From the NCBI RefSeq assembly GCF_009914755.1, contig NC_060929.1: a stretch of DNA of 64,000 bases; one strand, 5' to 3'. Position 1 is the first letter of the stretch. Each line of letters opens with the position of its first letter. The stretch comes from the human T2T-CHM13v2.0 reference genome, Homo sapiens. The position numbers were made by a program, and so were the translations under genes. The notes below the pieces were generated by a model that had not been told where the DNA came from, did no database searches, and worked only from the letters and a program-made list of their open reading frames with translations. This document shows positions 1 through 12,019 of this stretch, piece by piece.

Positions 1-272
1 ATCAGTAACATTTTTATACAACAACAGTGAACAATATGAAAAAGAAATTAAAAATAATCCCATTTACAATAGGCACACATGAAATTAAATAGCTAGTAAT
101 TAACCAAAGAAGTGTAAGCTGTCTATAGTGAAAACTACAAAACACTGATGAAAGAAACTGAAGAGAACACACACACACACACACACACAAAGAAAAAGTA
201 TTTTATGTTCATGAATTGGAAGAGTCAATATTGTTAAAATGTCCATACTACCCAAAGCAGTCTACAGATTTA
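1..272 (+). mobile_element. LINE-1 (L1MA-type) ORF2 fragment, runs off the window start; contains (CA)n at ~167-188
   Basis: L1 ORF2 motifs cccatttacaatag, aaaactacaaaacactgatgaaagaa and ggaagagtcaatattgttaaaatgtccatactacccaaagca. Confidence 0.9.
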
Positions 273-1189
273 ATTCAAGATACTATTCAATTTAATTTAG
301 GCTTATATTATCAACCTGATAAAATATTGTCTCAAGGTTAAAAATACTATTGCTAAGTGGTTTTCAAAAATAAAGCATTTCAATCAATGCTTCATATTAA
401 TTAGTAACAGACTGATAGTATCAACTGCTTTCATTTAAAAAAACTTTCTGTTGAAGGTGCCTTTGACTTTACAAAATGATACATGAACTCTTATTTGTGG
501 TTTGCAATCTGAAAACCGAAACCTGTAGCATTCAATCAGTATTTATGTGGGAGCATTTTGTCCAGATACTTTAGTAGTACCAAGAAAAGAGAAAAATGAG
601 ATTGACAAACTATGATTAGCACATGGTCCACCTAACCTTATAATAATGTCATCTCATTTCAGAATGGATTTTCTTATTTTAAAAAGGGGGAGGTACAAGA
701 TACGTAGATGGACATATAGGGAGAAATAGGGAGGACCTCCAGAGCTTTCACCATCACTGGAGAGAAATCTTTTAGAATTCTTATCTTAAAATGCAGATCA
801 TGTCATGAATGGGGAGGGGATGAAGAGGGCCAGCACAGAAGTGGTGGCCACAGTTGATGAAGCTGGGTCAAGTTTCAGCAGTCCCTAGGGACACATGGTG
901 GTGTGAAGGGATCACAATGGCTTGGCCTTTGATATCACTGAGGAATAGAAAGTTTTTACAACTTCAGCGTGCAAGATTGTTTTTCTAATGATTAAGTGGA
1001 ACTCATACAATAATTAATGAGAGAGACAGATTCACTTTGATGTGGCAGAGGAATGTATCTTAATCACTGCTGTTTTTGTAGTCATCTCAAAGTGAATTTC
1101 CCACAGAAGGCTTTTAATTACTTCTACCATCAAGGGCCTAAAAACTTCCTACCAAAATTGTAGCAATAACATGGTGCATAATTTGAGTA

Positions 1190-1275
1190 ACCCCCTCTCA
1201 TCTGTAAAACTTGCAACTTTAAAATGTGTGACCATCTTCAAACGTTGTTTTGAGGATGAATTAAATGAGACTATA
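1190..1275 (+). mobile_element. MIR SINE fragment
   Basis: ctcatctgtaaaa...gttgttttgaggatgaattaaatgaga resembles the MIR core; strand uncertain. Confidence 0.55.
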
Positions 1276-2310
1276 AAGGGTACTCTAATGTACTGTATAA
1301 ATGAAAGAAAGAAGTAAGATAAATCTGCCTGTGTTACCAGTTCTTATATAAGTAAAGATAATAACCATATTTGGCTAAAATACTATTGCCGAATATCTTA
1401 TTTGCATTAATCTAATAGTAAAAGAGCCAATAAAATATAAAGGAACCTGCATTTTAGTACTGGAATTTTTTTTTATTTGGATTGAAAAATGTGTGGAAAA
1501 TGTTGTCTACTTTGTTACACCATTTCCTGATAGATTACATCAATGCTTCCTAGTGATGTACCCTACTGTGAAAACAAAACAAAACATAAGCAAAAAAAAA
1601 CTTTCACTAAGATTCATAGCATAAACTAACATTAAATTCAAAATTATTCATGTTGTCCCTTGGCATAGTGGCATACAAATACATAATGAGACTGATTCTA
1701 TGGATAAATAATGGAATATGCAAAATGGCTCTAGTTAGAAAAGTTCGTGGTAACTTTTATGGCTAATTCACTTTACGAGTTTCATCAGGGCATCCCTGCT
1801 AATTACACGGAATGTGTGCACCTATGTCGTGAGAATTAATTTGCTTAAGTTGTCTTTAATGAATAAAAACATTGCAAATTTTGTTAAGGCCTGTTTCTAC
1901 TACTTTTATTTAACATGTATCCTACAGAAATGTGTTTATTTTATCAGTTTCTCAAAATCTACTTTTGGCTTTGTTAATACTCTATATTAATTATATTTTT
2001 TATTTTATATATTTCTATTTTATTTTAAAAATATTTTATTTGCTATTGTTTTAGAATAGGTATGCATGAACATCGTATAAAATTCAAAATGTGCATGTTG
2101 GTATTCAGTAAAATGTATGCTGTCTTTTCAGCCTGTCCGGAGCTCTGTTACCCTTTCTAGAGTAAATCACTGTTACTAGTCTCTTGATTGTCTTTACAGC
2201 TTTATTTAATACATAGATAAGTATATACATATTATTCTCTATATAAATGACATCATATTTATACACACTATTTTGTACCTTGATTGTTTCTCTTACCATT
2301 TTAGCTGTAA

Positions 2311-2523
2311 CAGAGTTCGGCAAACTGCAGCTCACAGATCAAATCTAGCCCACCTTTTGTTTTACGAGAATAAAGCCACACTCATTTATTGCTCTCTTGT
2401 TTATGGCTGCTTTCATGCTATAACACCAAAACCGAATAGTTGTAATAGAGACCTTATGACCTCCAAAGGCTAAAATATTTACTATCTGGTATTATGCAGA
2501 AAAAAAAAGTTTGCTGATCCTTG
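2311..2523 (+). mobile_element. MER58A-like hAT-Charlie MITE
   Basis: Terminal inverted repeats cagagttcggcaaac / gtttgctgatccttg; internal tatggctgctttcatgcta and ctaaaatatttactatctgg. Confidence 0.85.
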
Positions 2524-2624
2524 ATCTAGAAGGTCTTTTAATACCTGTATATGTAGAGGTATCTAACACTTTTTAACAACTTTATAATAGTGCACTGAGA
2601 AAAGGGGACATAAACAGTTTTATG

Positions 2625-2997
2625 TTTTCTATTTTTTAACTTTTATTTTAATCTCAGGGGTACATGTGCATGTTTGCTATGTAGCTAAACTTGTGTTATG
2701 ATGGTTTGTTGTACAGATTATTGCATCACCCAGGTATTAAGCCTAGTAGTCATTAGTTATTTTTCCTGATCCTCTTCCTCATCCTACCCTGCACCCTCAG
2801 AAAGGCCCCAGTGTGTGTTGTTCTCTATGTGTCCATGTGTTGTCATCATTTTTCTCCCACTTATAAGTGTTTTTTTGTTTCTGCATTAGTTTCCAAAGGA
2901 TAATGGCCTCCAGCTCCATCTATGTCCCTGTAAAATACATTATTTCATTCTTTTTGATGGCTGCATAGTATTCCATGGTGTATATGTACCGTATTTT
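2625..2997 (-). mobile_element. L1PA (older, ~PA12-PA16) 3' end
   Basis: ggggtacatgtgc...gtttgttgtacagattat...cacccaggtattaagcctag, the antisense L1PA 3' UTR. Confidence 0.9.
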
Positions 2998-4352
2998 GAA
3001 GCTAACTTTATAGCCACAATATGATATGACACATTATATTTTTGGACTATATTTGTAGACTATTCTCTAGAAACATTAATAAAAATAGGGTTTTCCTCCC
3101 TACCTCTACTTCTTAAGTTCCTTCCCTGCTACGATTCTATTTAATTGATTATACTTTTTCACTTTAATTATCAGTTTAAGATAATATTTGACCTCAAAGT
3201 ATAAATTATGCATATATAACCATGCTAAACTAATTTTTACCTTCTCAATCTTTCTCTACACTTTCAACTTACAACATTGAGATTCTTACTGTCTGGATTT
3301 ACAATACTCACATTTGTTTTTAGAATCACAATGCCCCATTTGATGTAGTCCTAGTCTTTCGGCAAATGAGAGGTGGTGCTTACTTATTAGTATGTTTGCT
3401 ATAGTTTTTCTTCCTCTGGAGATCTTTTCAAGAAATACAAATAATAATTATATTATTTCAAATCTTGAATATTTAATTAAAAAGCCAAATGCCTTTCATA
3501 TCAATTATAATGATCTGATATTTTTCTTCATTCTATTCATGTAGCATATTAGATATAATAATTTTCCTGTGTTGACACACCTGTATACTTGGCATAAGCC
3601 CTACTTGGTTGTGCTGTATAAATCTTTTAATATGTTTTGAATTCAGTTTGTTGAAGATTTTTGTATTTATTCATGAGTAGTATTGGTCTGCAGTTTTCTT
3701 GTAATACCTTTGGCTTTGGTGGTAGGTTAATACTGGCTTCATAGAACAAATTAGGAAATGTTCACTTCCATTTCTCAGAAGAGTTTGAGAAACATTGGTG
3801 TTAATTTTTCTTTAAGTATTTGGTAGTATTTGCCAGTTAAATAATTTGACCCTGGGCTCTTGTTTGTTGAACGTTTTCTGCTTATGTAATCAATCTTTTT
3901 ATCTGTTCTAGTGGTATTCAGTTTCATATTTCTTCTTGAATCATTTTGATAGATTCTGTTTCTTAGAAATTTATCCATTTCATCTAGGTTATGCAATTTG
4001 TTGGTGTACAATTGTTCATATCATTATTCTCTTATAATCCTCTTTAATTTCAATAATGGTGGTAATAATATCCTCATGTCCGTTCCTGATTTTAGTAGTT
4101 TCAGTCTTTTTTTTCCCCTAGTTAACACTAGTTAACAGTTTGTCAATTTTTAAAATCTTTTCAAATAGCCAATTTTGGTTTTGTTTATTCCTTTTATTTT
4201 TCTCTTCACTATTTGATCTCTAATCACTATTATTTTTTTCTACTAATTTTTGATTTTGTCTGCTTTTCTTTTTCTGACTTGTTGAGGCGTAAAGTTAGGT
4301 TAATTTGAGACCTTCCTTCTTTTTTAATGTGGCATTTATAGCTATAAATTTC

Positions 4353-4719
4353 TGCAGTGGTCTGAAAGGTGTGTTTCCTCAAAATTCATGTGTTGAAACC
4401 TAATCATCAAAGTGAAGATGTTAGAAGGTAAGGCCTTTGGAAAATGATTAGGTCATGAAGGTGGAGCCAACCTCATGAATGGGATCAGTGCCTTTATAAA
4501 TAGGCCCCCAGAGAGTTACTTTGCCTCTTTTTAGCATGTGATGATACAGCTGGAAGATGCCATCTATGAAACACAGAGTGAACCCTCACTAGATACTGAA
4601 TCTACCAGCGTCTTGATCTTGGAGTTCCCAACCTTCAGAACTGTAAGAAATAAATTTTATAATTTATAAAGTCACCCAGTTTATGGTGTTTTGTTATTAC
4701 AGTTCAAATGCACTAAGGA
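4353..4719 (+). mobile_element. MLT1A-type MaLR solo LTR inserted in L1
   Basis: aaaattcatgtgttgaaacctaatc, gattaggtcatgaaggtggagcc, cttgatcttgga..cagaactgtaagaaataaatt; near-TSD atttc/ttttc. Confidence 0.88.
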
Positions 4720-4747
4720 TTTTCTTCTGATTACTATTTTCACAGCT

Positions 4748-4880
4748 TATTAATAATATTATTTATTATATAATATGTTTATAATATCAATATTATCAAA
4801 TGATATTAATATAACATATTATGAATTATAATATCAATATTATTAAATAATAATATTAATAATATTAATTAATATTATTT
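4748..4880. repeat. AT-rich imperfect palindrome / low complexity
   Basis: Almost purely A/T with nested inverted arms; perfect 22-bp palindrome aataatattaattaatattatt at 4858-4879. Confidence 0.85.
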
Positions 4881-5410
4881 TAATTCAGCTCAAAGTATTT
4901 TTCAGTTTTATAATTTATTATTTGATCCATTCTTTAAGACTGTGTTGTTTAATTTCCACATTTTTGTAATAGTTCCTTCTGCTATTGATTTTTAATTTCA
5001 TTCTACTGTGATTGACAAAGATATTTTATGATTCAGTTTTTAAAAATTTGAGATTTTTGCATCCTAAAATATTTTATCCTGAATAATATTCCATGTGCAC
5101 TTGAGAACAAATACGTATTTTGCTGTTGAGTGGGGCGTTCTCTATATGTTTGTTGGATCTAATTGGTTTATAGTATTGTTCAAGTCTTCTACGCACTTGT
5201 TTCTCTCTCTCTCCCTTTTTTTTTTTCTCGTGGTTGTTATACCCATTATTGAAAGTTAGGTGCCGAAGTCTCCAACTATTATTATTGAACTATCTATTCC
5301 TCCCTTAAATTCTGTTTGGTTTTGCTTCATATATTTGAGACTTGTTAGGTGCATAAATGTAACATAATTGTCATATCTTCTTGATGAATTGACCTCTTTA
5401 TTGTTACCTA

Positions 5411-6000
5411 CAGTAATCTTTCCTTATCCAAAACTTTTGCCTTTTGTGGTTTCAGTTGTGGTCAATAGTGACCCAAAATTATTAAATACAAAATTTCAGA
5501 AATAAGTATTTCATAAATTTTAAATTGGACAGCATTCTGAGTAGCGTGATGAAATCTTGTGTCATCATAAGATTTGTCCCACTTAGGATGGGAACCACCC
5601 CTCTGTCGAGTGCATCCACACTGTATACATCACCTGCCTGTTATTCACTTGGTAGCTGTGTATCAGATCCATGGTTACTGTATCTCAGTGCTTGTGTTCA
5701 AGTAACTCCTATTTTACTTAATAATGGCCCAAAAGCACTAAGGTAGTGATGCTGGCAATTCAGTTATGCCAAAGAGAAGCTGTAAAGTGCTTCTTTTAAG
5801 TGTAAAGGTGAAAGTACTACATTTAATAACAAAAAATTGTATGCTAAAGTTTCTAAGGTCTACAGTAAAAATGAATGTTATATCTGTAAAGCTGTGGAGA
5901 AGATAAAAATGATTTCTGCACTATGTATAGGTAGTATCAGTGGTTTCAGGAATCCACTGGGGATATCGGAACATATCTCCATGATAAGGGGGTATGAATG
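5411..6000 (+). mobile_element. MER44 (Tigger7-derived, TcMar) DNA transposon
   Basis: TIRs cagtaatctttccttatcc / gataagggggtatgaatg, TA on both flanks, degenerate transposase N-terminus (atggcccaaaagcac...; YAKVSKVYSKNE). Confidence 0.9.
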
Positions 6001-7739
6001 TAATGTCCTTCTTTGTCTCTTATAGTAATGTTTGTATTTAAATATATTTTATCTAACTTAGTATAGCCCATACCGCTGTTTTTTGGTTACTGTTTGTATG
6101 GGATATATTTTTCCTCCTTTCAATTTTAAATTATTTGGGTTTTTGGATCTAAAGTGAATCTCTTATAGACAATATATAGTTGGACCATTTTTTAAAAGCC
6201 ATTCTTCCAGTCTCTGCCTTTAAATTGGAACATTTAATCCATTTGTTGTAATGTAATTACTGATAAGAAAGGAATCACTTCGGCCATTTTGCTATTCATT
6301 TTACATGTCTTTTTGTTGCTCAATTTCTCCATTACTGTCTTCCTTTTTATTAGATAGATATTTTCTATTGTACCATTTCAATTCCTTTTCTCATTTGTTA
6401 AACTATATAATTTTTAGTTATTTTCTTAGTCGTTGCCAGAGCATTATAATTAATGTATTAATTTATAACAATTTAGCTCAAATAAGTACCAACTTACTTT
6501 CAATAGTGTACAAAACTTTGCTCCTATATAGCTCTACTATCTCTTTATTTAATTATTGTCACAAGTTACATGTTTATACATTTTGTGTCCATCACTATTC
6601 ATTTATACTTATTGTTTTATGCATTTGTTCTTTAGGGAATAAAGAGTAGTAAAACTAAACTACATTACTATGAATATCTGTATTTATCTTTGTAGCTATG
6701 TTTTTTGAAGTTCTTTATTTCTTCATGTAGATTTGAATTACTGTTTAGTGTCCTTTCATTTCAGTCTGAAGAACTCCCTTTTCTTCCCTTTACATCTCTC
6801 CCTCCCTTCTACATTTTCACTTCTTCTTGTCCTATTTCTGCCTGTTCTCATTTTATAATACCACTAACATATATTCTGTAATCTCTGTGTTCCTTAAATA
6901 ACATGTTTTCAAAACCTTTATCAAAAGTTCTAATATATTCATTTAATCTGAATAAATTAATCTAGTGAGCATTGGTTTCATTTTCTGTCTCCCATAACAT
7001 TAGCTATCTTCTTCTGTTTGAATTTTTGTTTGCAGGCTTATATTTCTCTCTTTTATTTTGTCTTAACTTGACATACCTTTTGTTGGTTTTTCAATTATTC
7101 ACATCTTTTTAGACTCCAAATTCCTCACCAGGCCTGTTATTGACAGATTAGTGCTCCTCCAGTGCAATGATACTGCAAAATGTTTTAAACTCGATCACTG
7201 ACTTAATAAGTGGGCTGTTGAGTTCCTGTCATGAGACTACCTTTCCTCCTGCCTCTGTAAGCCAGCAGCTTCACTTAAGATTAGCCCCAGGTAAAGGTTT
7301 GCAATAGATTTCTTCAGCCTTCTCTACTGAACCCTTGAGACCAGTCTCAATCTTTGTTTCAAGTGTCAACTTGACTCTGAGACCTTGCCTTGCATAAAGC
7401 AAATTCTACATCTAATACTCTGAGGAAGTTCATGCTGGATCTGTCCAGTTGCTTCTAAACAACATGAAGGCCAACTTGCTTATAGTTCAGCTCACTTCAG
7501 AACTCACCACTTTTCATTTCTATCCCATTTATTTCACAGAAATACGACTATTTTGTAAGCCTGATTATTTCCTTCTCTCATCGGTTCATCTGTTTTTTTT
7601 TTTTTTTTTTTTTTCTTTTCTGTCTATTACTGTTATGTGTCTGGGAACAAGAGGAGAGTCTAAATGTGTCTAAATAAATGCAAGATCTTGCAGAACCAAA
7701 CCTATGATAGAACTAAGATCTGTAATAGAAAGTATTATT

Positions 7740-7811
7740 GTGAACCAAGATCATGCCACTGCACTCCAGCCTGGCGAAAGAGCAAGATTCCATCTTAAAA
7801 AAAAAAAAAAA
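7740..7811 (+). mobile_element. Severely 5'-truncated Alu (last ~57 nt plus polyA)
   Basis: gtgaaccaagatcatgccactgcactccagcctgg...A15; TSD aaagtattatt at 7729-7739 and 7809-7819. Confidence 0.93.
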
Positions 7812-8949
7812 GTATTATTATTGAGAAATGGAATTATAGAATTCCTGATATGTTTTGAGTTTTTCTTACAGAAGAATATTGATACCAAGGAGGTCAAACA
7901 TGCAGTCCTACTGCTCTACCAACTATCTCTCTTATCAATGAAACACATCAATAATTGATTCCAGTATGTTTTTCCATTTGATCTGAATACAGCATTAGAT
8001 ATTTCTCATATAAAAAATAAAAATCAGGACTGGCATAAGAAATAAAATGTATCAGCCATTGTATGCAAGATTTTAATTTATTTTTGTAATTTATAACTCT
8101 AATACCTCTACTCATTTTTTAAAATTTCCCCTTATTTTGGTCTCATGATTTTTTGCCTGAAAATCTAGCAAGAACTCACTTACCTAGGTAATTCTTGTGT
8201 TTTCTTGCTATAACTCCCACTGTCCTACCCTATGAAATTTGAGTTATTTCCTATTCGATTTTCCTGAAATTTATATGCAATATAGAATAAGCCATCCTTT
8301 CAGGATAATATATTTATGTAATGAGTGTCATTTGGAAATAATACTCTGAGCTATATAAATAGATGAAGACCCATTATTTTGAGATGGTTTCTCTTTTGTT
8401 GTCCCTAGTATTCTAATATTTATATAACTGTTTCTCTCTGAATAACATAAACATTTAAATCTATTCCTAAGTAAATATCTAATTCAAATTATGTAATTTT
8501 GCCCTATAAATCCAAAGTGAAAAAATAATTTAAAAATGATTATATACAAATATAGTAAAAATAATTGTTGTTTTTAGTAATTGTGAAAAATCTAGCTTAT
8601 TTAAATTTGTAATGATTCTCCATTTATTTCCAGTGTTAAGTGGGGAAAGCTGATACTAGTATATATTAGTAGAAATTTGAAAAACATACACTTGAATATC
8701 TTTAATATCTTCAGTGTTGCTCAAATTTTTAGTGAAGTATTGATTATAAGAGATTAGACTCAGCACTTGGCATTTTAATAAGATACTAAACAGTCTTAAA
8801 AATAATTGTAGTCTTTATGTCCTACCTTATACAAATAAATAAATGAAAACAGAAATTTTCTGGACAAACTGCCATTTCTCACTTCATACTCTTTGAAGAA
8901 GTTGCACAACAGTACCATGCACAGCTCTAAAGTTTTCTGGCTCTGTTCC

Positions 8950-9110
8950 CAGTGATCCCTTGGAGACTGCAGTCCTGTGCAAGTTCATCCCCAATGTTTC
9001 TGGAATCACCTTTGAGTGATTATCTGAGATATGCTAAGAGAACTCAATCTCTAATGTACAAAGATGAAATTCTCCATTTCTCCTTTCCTAACTTGATACT
9101 ATCTTGAAAT
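8950..9110. mobile_element. Possible L2 fragment
   Basis: aactcaatctctaatgtacaaagatgaaattctccatttctcc resembles L2 ctcaaactcaacatgtccaaaactgaactc. Confidence 0.35.
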
Positions 9111-12019
9111 ATTGCTGCGATCCAAGTGGTAAGTCAGTTCCCGAATTCTCTAAAATTACCACTTTTTCTGATATTGGGAGGTCATGGCTGGTGCTCCTGA
9201 TGCTTCCAGTACCCAGAGCCCCAAACACTGCAGTAAAAACCAATTGAAATTCTATGATTAATGCTTATGTTCATCAGCAGCAGAATAACTGTTACCTCCA
9301 AGTTGTGATGCCTTTTTAAATGGCAGTCAACATTTCACAGAAATTTAGAGAAGTACATTTTAGTTTGTAGAATCTTGATTACTGGGGTTGAACTTGAATC
9401 TGTAGGACCTATTTGGGAGCAGTGTTGAGAAACAGATAATCAACCTTCTCTTCTGATGTCTTACCTCCTAGCTTAAACCAAACTCGGGAAGCTGCTAGGT
9501 CTTGTTCGTTAAGGGCCTCTGCCTTCCTGCCTCATCTTGTTCATTAGTCATGTTTACTACACACATCTAGATCTTAGTCAGCCTTTCTCATAGGCTGGCT
9601 ATGTGGTCTCATAAGTTTAATAGAGGTTTTTGAAGAAAATTTCATATTATTGAACAGAGATAAAAATCGCTCTGTGACAAAATGCATTTTGATATTTCAT
9701 GTTAAAATTCAAAATATAGCTGGGTATCTACAAAATGATTGTTGAGTGAAACTTTATTCCAAATTCCATTTGATAGACTTTTAAAAAATTATTGAAAAAG
9801 AGACCAGACTATAATAAATATTGACTATCAAAACATAGATAATGATTTTAAAATGTATAATGCCTGTCCATATGAAGAGTGTGAATGCTGAGTAGGAGTA
9901 ATTAATTCTCTTTTCTAGTAAATTGTGATATTCAATTAATTTCTTTTCAAATTTTGTATCTGTTTGGAACGGAAATGCTTTATTGGGAAAGCATCATTGG
10001 TGACTGTAGCTGCTAAACAGAAAGATACTCAGGCAACCCTGTAATGATATCTGTTTTCCAATTTCTGAAAATAAATGCCTTGAATGTAAAATGAGAGGTA
10101 TAATGTTTAATTAGAAATCATTGACATCGCTCTCAGAAGAAAGTGCCTCTCCCTGGTGACAAGGGTCACAGTGGAATATTAACTGGGTATTTTACAAATT
10201 CTACTGGGTAGATAACCTAGTCTTGCTTTTCTAGATGATCTCGAAGAGCTCATTAAATAGCAAAACTCACATATGATGCTATGCATGATTTCTCAAATGC
10301 TGGAGGATTAAATCCCAGTGACCCACTAGCTTGTCCACTCCATTTGATACTGTGGTTTTGGCTTGGAGTGGCTGATATAAGTCAGTACCTTGACAGATAA
10401 ATGGCATTTGTTTAATTTAAATGATACTCATCACACTGCCTTTTGTTCTAAAGCACTGTGAGGTTAATTGAGCAGACATGAAAAATTAGCCAGGCTAAAA
10501 TTGCCTCTCCTCTAAATCAGAATTATTAATTCACCTTAATTTAGAGCGTCTCCATTTTCTCTGATACACTGAATCATGTAGACTGTTTAAGGGAGAAAAT
10601 GCTAACGATAATAACCCAATTTAAAATTTTTCATGTGACTAAGAATTTCAGCATAGTCAAATTTAACAGATTTCAAATTCTAACCCTGGAAATATGACTT
10701 TTAAATCTTACTATTTACTCTATTATATAGAAAGGGAAACATGAGAGTAGGTCTTATCAGTCACTTTTAACTTGCAAGTTTGCTTATGACCTTCGAAACA
10801 ATTTCACACTAAATATAATCTTCGATTTTATGAATACACAATGTCTTTCCATTTTATATCGATAACAATGCGTTTCAGACTTCATATCTTATAGCACTAT
10901 AATTAAGGCCACATTCACCGTGTTTCCATATAGTAAGTAATTACAAAGGTGATTGGAACATTTCTGTAGAGGATTAGCGCCATTTATCAAGTAGTGACTA
11001 TTGCGGAATAAATGAGCAGAGGCACCCTTCCGCTAAACTATCTTCCCCCCTCTCCCTGAAGAGTATGAACGGGCTGAATAGGATTATTTACTACAGTCCA
11101 GTGAACTTCATCATCTATAGCTAAGTGCAGTTCCTAAAGCAAGGGCCACCAGGGAAGATTAAGAGTCTGTCTGAAGAGAGTGCTGTCTCCTATTGCAACT
11201 CCTCTTTACTAGTCAACTTCTTTCCCTTCCAAAGTCGAGTTTACATGTACAAATTAAGCATATCTTATATATGGATTGCGTGCTAAATTTAGACATCCTT
11301 CATAGCCAGAATTGTGTTTCAAAAATCTCTTAAGTCTATATGACATATACCCTTTAATTCTAAAAAAGCAAATATTAACTTTTTTCATAGTTTTATTGTA
11401 CTGATATATATTTATGTATAGTAATATATTTTTACAGATGTACTTAAATATCTTTTTTAATGTGTTTGTATACTTTTCTCGTTTGTATATTTTAATGTGT
11501 TTGTATATTTTTCTCATTTCTGTGCCCTACTTTTATCAAGTCACTAGTACAACACAGAGTCCAGTTCTACCCATGGAAATTCAGTTGTAAACATGACTAA
11601 TAAACAGATACATTAATGAAGCTACAGAGAACTTGAGGCAGCAGGCATTGTAAGCAAAAGTGCATAGTGAACTCTGCAGATGTCATGTAATATGAGGAAT
11701 TATTCACAGGTGATATTCCTATAAGGACAACTAAGCTTCTTTAAATTTACATGTATGAATTTGGATACAATTTTTAAATGAATAGGGGCAAAAGAGCATT
11801 GAATAAAGGCAAAGGTAATTAAAAATATATTGTTTGTACAGATATCATTTTTATCAATAGTAATTTCTACATGCATTTGGAGATAAAAATCATTAAACAA
11901 TCCAAAAAAAGCAATGTTTGATTTCTTCCAGGGATTTTTACTTTAATTTCATTAATGATTGTCAGGCCTAGAAAGCCAAAGGGCCCAATAGAATCATCTT
12001 TTTAAAAATTCTTTTTAAA

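Larger units (their letters stand above)
3485..6780 (-). mobile_element. Old L1M (L1MB-L1MD-like) ORF2 5' half, interrupted by MLT1A, an AT palindrome and MER44
   Basis: Antisense L1 ORF2; ORF 3775..4011 (YTNKLHNLDEMDKFL...KSPGS...YQILKEKLTP) is the L1 ORF2 Z-region; endonuclease-region sequence at 5000-6300. Confidence 0.88.
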
